From Minisyncoccota bacterium (lineage in GTDB: Bacteria; Patescibacteriota; Minisyncoccia; UBA6257; 2-01-FULL-56-20), in NCBI GenBank assembly GCA_025449695.1, contig JANWIW010000027.1, forward strand, positions 283-64,282: a DNA stretch of 64,000 nt, in the 5' to 3' direction. The notes below the pieces were generated by a model, which saw only the letters and a list, made by a program, of their open reading frames with translations, made no database searches and was not told where the DNA came from. A program made the translations under genes and the position numbers. Below are positions 59,280 through 64,000 of the stretch, piece by piece. Position 1 is the stretch's first letter. The number at the start of each line of letters is the position of its first letter.

Positions 59280-59939
59280 ATGACCGTACCGGCAGCAGTG
59301 ACCGCACAGTCACTATACGACCGTTTTTCGGTGCCTCCGAACCTCCAGGAGCATATGCTGCGGGTCGCCGCCGTGGCCGAGATTATTGCCGGACGGTGCG
59401 CGGGGGTGACGGTAGACTTTTCCAGCCTCATGTCCGCCTGCCTCCTCCATGACCTTGGGAATATCGTCAAATTCGAGATCGACAAGTACCCTCACTATCT
59501 GGGCGCGGAAGTGGTTCGCCGCGATTATTGGGAAGGCGTCCAGCGCGATATGATCGAACGGTACGGGACGGATGATCACGCGGTTACCGCCGTGATGCTC
59601 GAAGAAGCGGGCATCCCCGTCGTCGTGAGGCGGTTGATAGACTCAAAGAGCTTTCCCCATGCCATAGAGATAGCCGATGGAACGGACTGGACCCGCAAGA
59701 TCTTCCTCTATTCCGATCTGCGCGTTGCGCCGCTCGGCATCGTCTCCTTGGATGAGCGCCTGGACGAGGCGCTGGCCCGGTTGGAGAAATACCGGGGACG
59801 CGCCGATTTGGCGGATGCGGCCCGGCGTATCGAAAGCCAACTCGCCTCGGTTTCTTCTCCGCTCCTCACCGATGCCGATTCAGGGGTCATCGATAGCCGT
59901 ATCCCGGAGCTACGCAAGTTTCCTCTCCCCGGCGGTTAA
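59280..59939 (+). CDS. HD-domain phosphohydrolase
   Basis: H..HD motif in LLHDLGN; ATG 59280 preferred (track start 59172). Confidence 0.65.
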   Translation: MTVPAAVTAQSLYDRFSVPPNLQEHMLRVAAVAEIIAGRCAGVTVDFSSLMSACLLHDLGNIVKFEIDKYPHYLGAEVVRRDYWEGVQRDMIERYGTDDHAVTAVMLEEAGIPVVVRRLIDSKSFPHAIEIADGTDWTRKIFLYSDLRVAPLGIVSLDERLDEALARLEKYRGRADLADAARRIESQLASVSSPLLTDADSGVIDSRIPELRKFPLPGG

Positions 59940-59963
59940 ACCGCCGCGCTATACACTACGCGC

Positions 59964-60437
59964 ATGCAGCCGAATATCACTTTCTCGTCCACCACCAATA
60001 TGCTTCTCATGAGAGAAGGGAAGATACTTCTCTTAAAGAGGAGCGATGCCAAGACATTTTCCGGCCGGTATATGCTTCCGGGAGGGAAGCAACACGAGAA
60101 CGAAACCCTCGAGGAAGCCGCTATTCGGGAAACCTTCGAGGAGACCGGCCTCAAAGTATCCGATGCTTCTTTGAGGGTCGTCTCTACCAACTATCATGAA
60201 TACAAAGCGAGGGTATACCTCGTGCACATCTTTACGTCCTCGAAGTTCGCGGGGTCGCTCACCGGCTCCCGAGAAGGGACCTTGGAGTGGGTTGGTACAA
60301 AAGATGCCCTTGCCAATCCCATGCTCTATCCCGACCTCAAGCGGCACATTCAGTTTATTCTCGACCCCAAGTCTCCAAACCTCGCCTTCACTTATCACAA
60401 GTTCAACGAGGCGCTCGAAATCACGGAGTCTAGGTAA
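59964..60437 (+). CDS. NUDIX hydrolase
   Basis: Nudix box GGKQHENETLEEAAIRETFEETGL. Confidence 0.8.
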   Translation: MQPNITFSSTTNMLLMREGKILLLKRSDAKTFSGRYMLPGGKQHENETLEEAAIRETFEETGLKVSDASLRVVSTNYHEYKARVYLVHIFTSSKFAGSLTGSREGTLEWVGTKDALANPMLYPDLKRHIQFILDPKSPNLAFTYHKFNEALEITESR

Positions 60438-61101
60438 ATTTTTCGGATTTCACGTTCGCTTCAAGAGCTCCCAGCTCCAGGACATTATCGACCATCTCAT
60501 CGATAAAGCCGTCCGGTCCGCAGATGTAGAAAAGAGCCTGTGGGTTCTTGGCCAGTGCGCCGACGGGATCTTTGAGGAAGCCCAGATCAATCCTCTCTTC
60601 GGTGGCGGTAAAGCGGGTGATCAAAATGTCCTTCAGGGCATCATAGTGCATGATGCGGGAGGCGTCCTTCGCGCTCATCACGAACGCGCAGGTGCCATGA
60701 GGATACTTGAAGCGATAAGCGCGATAGATAGACAGCAGGGGAGTGATGCCCGAACCGGCTCCGAGGAGCACGAGCGGCCCGGAAGCGTCGGCGTCCCAGA
60801 CGAAAGATTCGCCGAGCGGTCCGCGGATCTCGATCTCGCTGCCCTCCGCGAGGCCCCAAAGCTGGGGGGATAACACCCCGTTCCGGATCAGCTGGACCCC
60901 GAACTCCAGGCTGTCTCCCGGCTCGTACGGACTGGATGCGATGGAGTACTTCCGGGAGATGTCGCTTCCCGGCATGCGCAGTTCATAGTGCTGGCCGGCC
61001 CTGTAGGGGATGTAGGACTCGGGCTTCAGAACGAGAGACCTGATATCGAAAGAGGCGGGAGCGCTCTTCACGATCTTTGCTTTTTGCCAGGAAGGGTTCA
61101 T
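60430..61101 (-). CDS. FNR-like FAD/NAD(P)-binding oxidoreductase
   Basis: RxYS FAD motif (RKYSIAS) and GAGSGITP NAD(P) motif; ATGA-coupled to the MOSC gene. Confidence 0.7.
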   Translation of the reverse strand: MNPSWQKAKIVKSAPASFDIRSLVLKPESYIPYRAGQHYELRMPGSDISRKYSIASSPYEPGDSLEFGVQLIRNGVLSPQLWGLAEGSEIEIRGPLGESFVWDADASGPLVLLGAGSGITPLLSIYRAYRFKYPHGTCAFVMSAKDASRIMHYDALKDILITRFTATEERIDLGFLKDPVGALAKNPQALFYICGPDGFIDEMVDNVLELGALEANVKSEKFT

Positions 61102-61904
61102 AGCAGTTCAACCGGGTCGCCGACGGCAATGGTGCCCGGACCTTCATGGGCGAGGTTCTGGCCGAACATGATGCCTTTGGGCTTGGTGCGATAGGTGCCG
61201 AGCGTCTCCAGCGGTTCTATGCCTTTTTCGCCGGTCGCCTGGTCCACGGTCGTGATCTCGCAGCGGGAACAGGGTTTCGCGGCGCGAAGCACCACGTCGC
61301 CGATCTTTATCTTTTGCCATGCGTCTTCCTGATACGGCGTTCCTCCGGCGACGACTATGTTCGGCCGGAACCTGTTCATAGGGAGCTTCTCCGCCAATCT
61401 CGAATTGAGGTCTTCCAAAGACGCTTCCGAGATCAGCAAAAACGGGAAGCCGTCCGCGAAGCCGACTACCTCCTTCTTTTCGGACTGGTATTTCTCTTTG
61501 ACCGGCCGCTTGAAATCCGGGGCCATGCGGATGAGGCGGGCCTGCCTGCCCATAAAATCGGTAAGCCAGCTCTCTACGCTTTCACCCTGGTCTATGCCGA
61601 TACAAGGGCTTTCCCAGACCTCGGTTTGGATGCGTGTTCCTTCTATCAAGATCGGTACGTCGAGAGGCGATCTCCCTTCGGCCGCGAGCCGGACCCCTCC
61701 GGGAAAAAGAATTACGCTGACCAATGCCAGCTTGGGGTGTTGGCGCTGGGTAATGAAATTTCCTTCGCCGTCTACGATCATCCACTCCCGGTCATGCTCG
61801 AACCCCGTATCAACCACCCTGCCGGACGTGAGCGCGATGCCGGCGCACGATTTCACCGGATAGATGTTGACCTCGGAAACCCTCAAGTTATTCAATCCCT
61901 CCAT
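61098..61904 (-). CDS. MOSC-domain protein (YcbX-like)
   Basis: YPVKSCAG ... RPNIVV ... KPCSRCEITTVDQATG; internal ATG 61904 preferred over track start 62003. Confidence 0.8.
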   Translation of the reverse strand: MEGLNNLRVSEVNIYPVKSCAGIALTSGRVVDTGFEHDREWMIVDGEGNFITQRQHPKLALVSVILFPGGVRLAAEGRSPLDVPILIEGTRIQTEVWESPCIGIDQGESVESWLTDFMGRQARLIRMAPDFKRPVKEKYQSEKKEVVGFADGFPFLLISEASLEDLNSRLAEKLPMNRFRPNIVVAGGTPYQEDAWQKIKIGDVVLRAAKPCSRCEITTVDQATGEKGIEPLETLGTYRTKPKGIMFGQNLAHEGPGTIAVGDPVELL

Positions 61905-62120
61905 GGTCCTCATAATACCTCGTGAGGCAAAGGTTCGTAATCCCATCCGCATCCGATACAGTAAGACGGAGATAGCAAGCGAGGACAGTTTGGAAATTGA
62001 CAAATTATCCTATTTTGTGTTTCATAGAGTATGATCTTTGATGCTTCAATACGTAAGTTGATTCGGGAACCTAAGTGCCCGCAAGGCCTTTAGGTTCCCG
62101 AATCAAAAGAGGAGGACTTT

Positions 62121-62330
62121 GTGGAACAGGCAGCACTCGTGACAAGTCTCCAAGGCTTCAAGGGCCAGATCGTAAACCTCGCCTTCAACAACGGCGATGA
62201 GTTGTTGGGTTGCTTTGTGTGCGCCGTGTTCAAAAGCGTTGCGCGTCCAGGCGCCTGGGTCGTGATCATCGACAACGGCAAGCAACAGAGCCTCGACATT
62301 GCGACCATCAAAGATGTCCAGTCCGTATAG
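62121..62330 (+). CDS. hypothetical small protein, 69 aa
   Basis: GTG start with strong SD AAGAGGAGG 4 nt upstream; preceded by a long hairpin. Confidence 0.5.
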   Translation: MEQAALVTSLQGFKGQIVNLAFNNGDELLGCFVCAVFKSVARPGAWVVIIDNGKQQSLDIATIKDVQSV

Positions 62331-62693
62331 CGAGGCGTCGAGAAAATGACTGAACAGCCAGTACTAAGGCTGCGGAATGGGACGGCTTCGGCCTCGCCCG
62401 CCGCAGCCTCTCATTTTTCATGATCGAGTTGAGCAATGCGGACGTATTGGATCAATGAAAGAATAAAATGGTGTTGTGCGTGGCGCGGGCCACGCACAAC
62501 ACCATGAGGATTGAAAGAGCGAGGAGCGCTTTATTGCGAATACGCATGCCTCCATGATCAGACAGGGGAATTGGGGCAAACCGAACCGTGGACAGGTACT
62601 TACCACACCACTTATTACAAAAAAAGCAAGTGACTACCACAGTGAGGGTTTTCCGTGTATATTCAATGCAATATAAAAATCAACCTAAAACAC

Positions 62694-62948
62694 ATGGCCA
62701 AAGAAAATTCCGCATTCATGAAGCCGATGAACATAAGCGCCGACCTCGCGGCCGTCATTGGCAAAGGTCCCATGCCGAGAGCGCAGGTCGTGAAGAAGCT
62801 CTGGGAGTACATCAAAAAGAATAACCTGCAGGACGCGAAGAATAAGCGGAACATCAATGCCGACGAGAACCTGAAGAAGGTCTTTGACGGCAAGGCGACG
62901 GTGAACATGTTCGAAATGACGAAGCTCGTCTCGAAGCATCTTTCCTAG
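62694..62948 (+). CDS. SWIB/MDM2-domain protein
   Basis: SADLAAVIGKGPMPRAQVVKKLWEYIKKNNLQD ... VNMFEMTKLVSKHL matches the SWIB fold. Confidence 0.7.
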   Translation: MAKENSAFMKPMNISADLAAVIGKGPMPRAQVVKKLWEYIKKNNLQDAKNKRNINADENLKKVFDGKATVNMFEMTKLVSKHLS

Positions 62949-63024
62949 GAGACCGTTGCCTGCGAACGCGAAGCTGCATCCGCCGTAAGGCGGGTTTAGC
63001 TTTAGCGAACCTGCGCGCATGCCG

Positions 63025-63927
63025 CTACTGCACGAAGAAGCCGCCGATCGCGAGCAGCGCGATGCCGCCCAGTTTGAAGGCAAGCCGCTTGCCGGAGAAC
63101 TCCTCTTCCGCCTTGAACCCGAGCTCCTGCTGCAGGACGAACACGACGCCGAGCAGGATGACGGGATAGAGCGCGCTCAGGGCCTGGACCTGAGAGATCG
63201 TCGCGAGGATCATCGCGCGAAGCCAGAGGAGCGACGCCAGGGCATCGAACCCTTTGCTGATCGTCACGTTCCACAAATAGTGCTTCTCCCGCGCCACGCG
63301 CCAGAGCGCCGCATGGTCCTTCTTGATGATGAGCGGCGGCAGAAAAGCGATCATCATGATGATCCACAGGCTGAAGTAAAAGCTCGGCTCGTTCAAGCCC
63401 TGGCCCTGGAAGTGATACTTGAACCCATAGTATTCGACGACGCCCAGCGCGAAGTTGTAGAGGAAGATCCCCCAGACCAGCGGGGTGAACTCCTTCCGGA
63501 AGCGGAACTTGCCGGGCACGACGACGAACATGAGGCCGCCCGTGACGAGAAGGAGGATGCCGAGCATCTGGAGCGTGGTGAGTCCGAGATGCAGTATTAC
63601 CACGTCGATCAGGAGGTAGAGGAACGGGGCGGCATATGAGATCGCCGCCTCGCTCGTGATCTCGATGCGCTTCAGGAGATAGGTGTAAAAGATGGCGTTG
63701 CCGGTCCAGAGGATGCCTATGACGACCATGAGAGGGGAGAAAGAGACTTCGATCGTCCCGAAAAGGCCAACGAGGCCGAACGCGCCGATCCACAGGCCCC
63801 ACACGAAATTGCGCCATATGGTGGCGGCGAGCGTATCTATCGCCTTGTCGCTTACTACTACGATCTTGTCCACGGTGTCCCCGAAAGCGCCGAGGACGAG
63901 CGATCCCGCTGCCAATAGCGACCACAT
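63025..63927 (-). CDS. EamA/DMT-family transporter, 10 TM
   Basis: Two EamA-like 5-TM repeats; internal ATG preferred (track 63966). Confidence 0.65.
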   Translation of the reverse strand: MWSLLAAGSLVLGAFGDTVDKIVVVSDKAIDTLAATIWRNFVWGLWIGAFGLVGLFGTIEVSFSPLMVVIGILWTGNAIFYTYLLKRIEITSEAAISYAAPFLYLLIDVVILHLGLTTLQMLGILLLVTGGLMFVVVPGKFRFRKEFTPLVWGIFLYNFALGVVEYYGFKYHFQGQGLNEPSFYFSLWIIMMIAFLPPLIIKKDHAALWRVAREKHYLWNVTISKGFDALASLLWLRAMILATISQVQALSALYPVILLGVVFVLQQELGFKAEEEFSGKRLAFKLGGIALLAIGGFFVQ

Positions 63928-64000
63928 GTCCTTTATTGTATCCTTTTTAGCAAGGTTAGGTTTCAATGAATTGTCCCCATTGACACCTCGCCGGAGTTTG

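Noticed and set aside
62418-62640. Two overlapping 62-aa minus-strand ORFs
   Set aside because: They lie inside a hairpin-rich non-coding stretch, have no usable SD (GGAGG sits only 1 nt from the ATG), and have Cys/Trp-rich odd composition. They are more likely fortuitous frames through a structured RNA region.

Overview
High-GC (about 60%) bacterial window with small-genome traits (short IF-2, many overlapping or translationally coupled genes), possibly CPR/Patescibacteria-like. Layout, 5' to 3': (1) a surface-polysaccharide biosynthesis cluster (nt 1-14,000) with GT4/GT2 glycosyltransferases, NTP-transferase, epimerases, a GDP-fucose-synthase-like gene, a NodU-type carbamoyltransferase, a Wzx flippase and an initiating sugar phosphotransferase. 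(2) Redox genes (dsbA-like, grx, trxB). (3) groES-groEL with a CIRCE operator. (4) A long-form thyX next to folA. (5) lemA and htpX separated by an inserted four-helix-bundle (23S-IVS-type) gene. (6) tRNA-Ser(GGA) followed by a low-GC TIR-domain gene. (7) Four tandem, translationally coupled cysteine-rich paralogs (about 570-595 aa each) of unknown function, which I rate the most likely undescribed system. (8) dus, maf, NUDIX, ATP-grasp, pfkB kinase, ahcY, gdh. (9) tRNA-Leu/Cys, rbfA-infB, STAS. (10) tRNA-Ser(GCT) followed by a lower-GC accessory mosaic (GIY-YIG, secreted lipase-SCP2 flanked by 18-bp direct repeats, XRE+DUF2975). (11) M20 peptidase, HD, NUDIX, MOSC+FNR, SWIB and a DMT transporter. 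Two intergenic repeat families recur. One is a 9-bp-periodic GTTCTA/TAGAAC dyad array, always intercistronic, that also flanks the four-helix-bundle gene. The other is a MITE-like family with TGTCATCC termini. The ORF track uses GTG/TTG as starts, and many of its long ORFs are antisense artefacts of high-GC genes. Coordinates of non-ORF features may be off by 1-2 nt.
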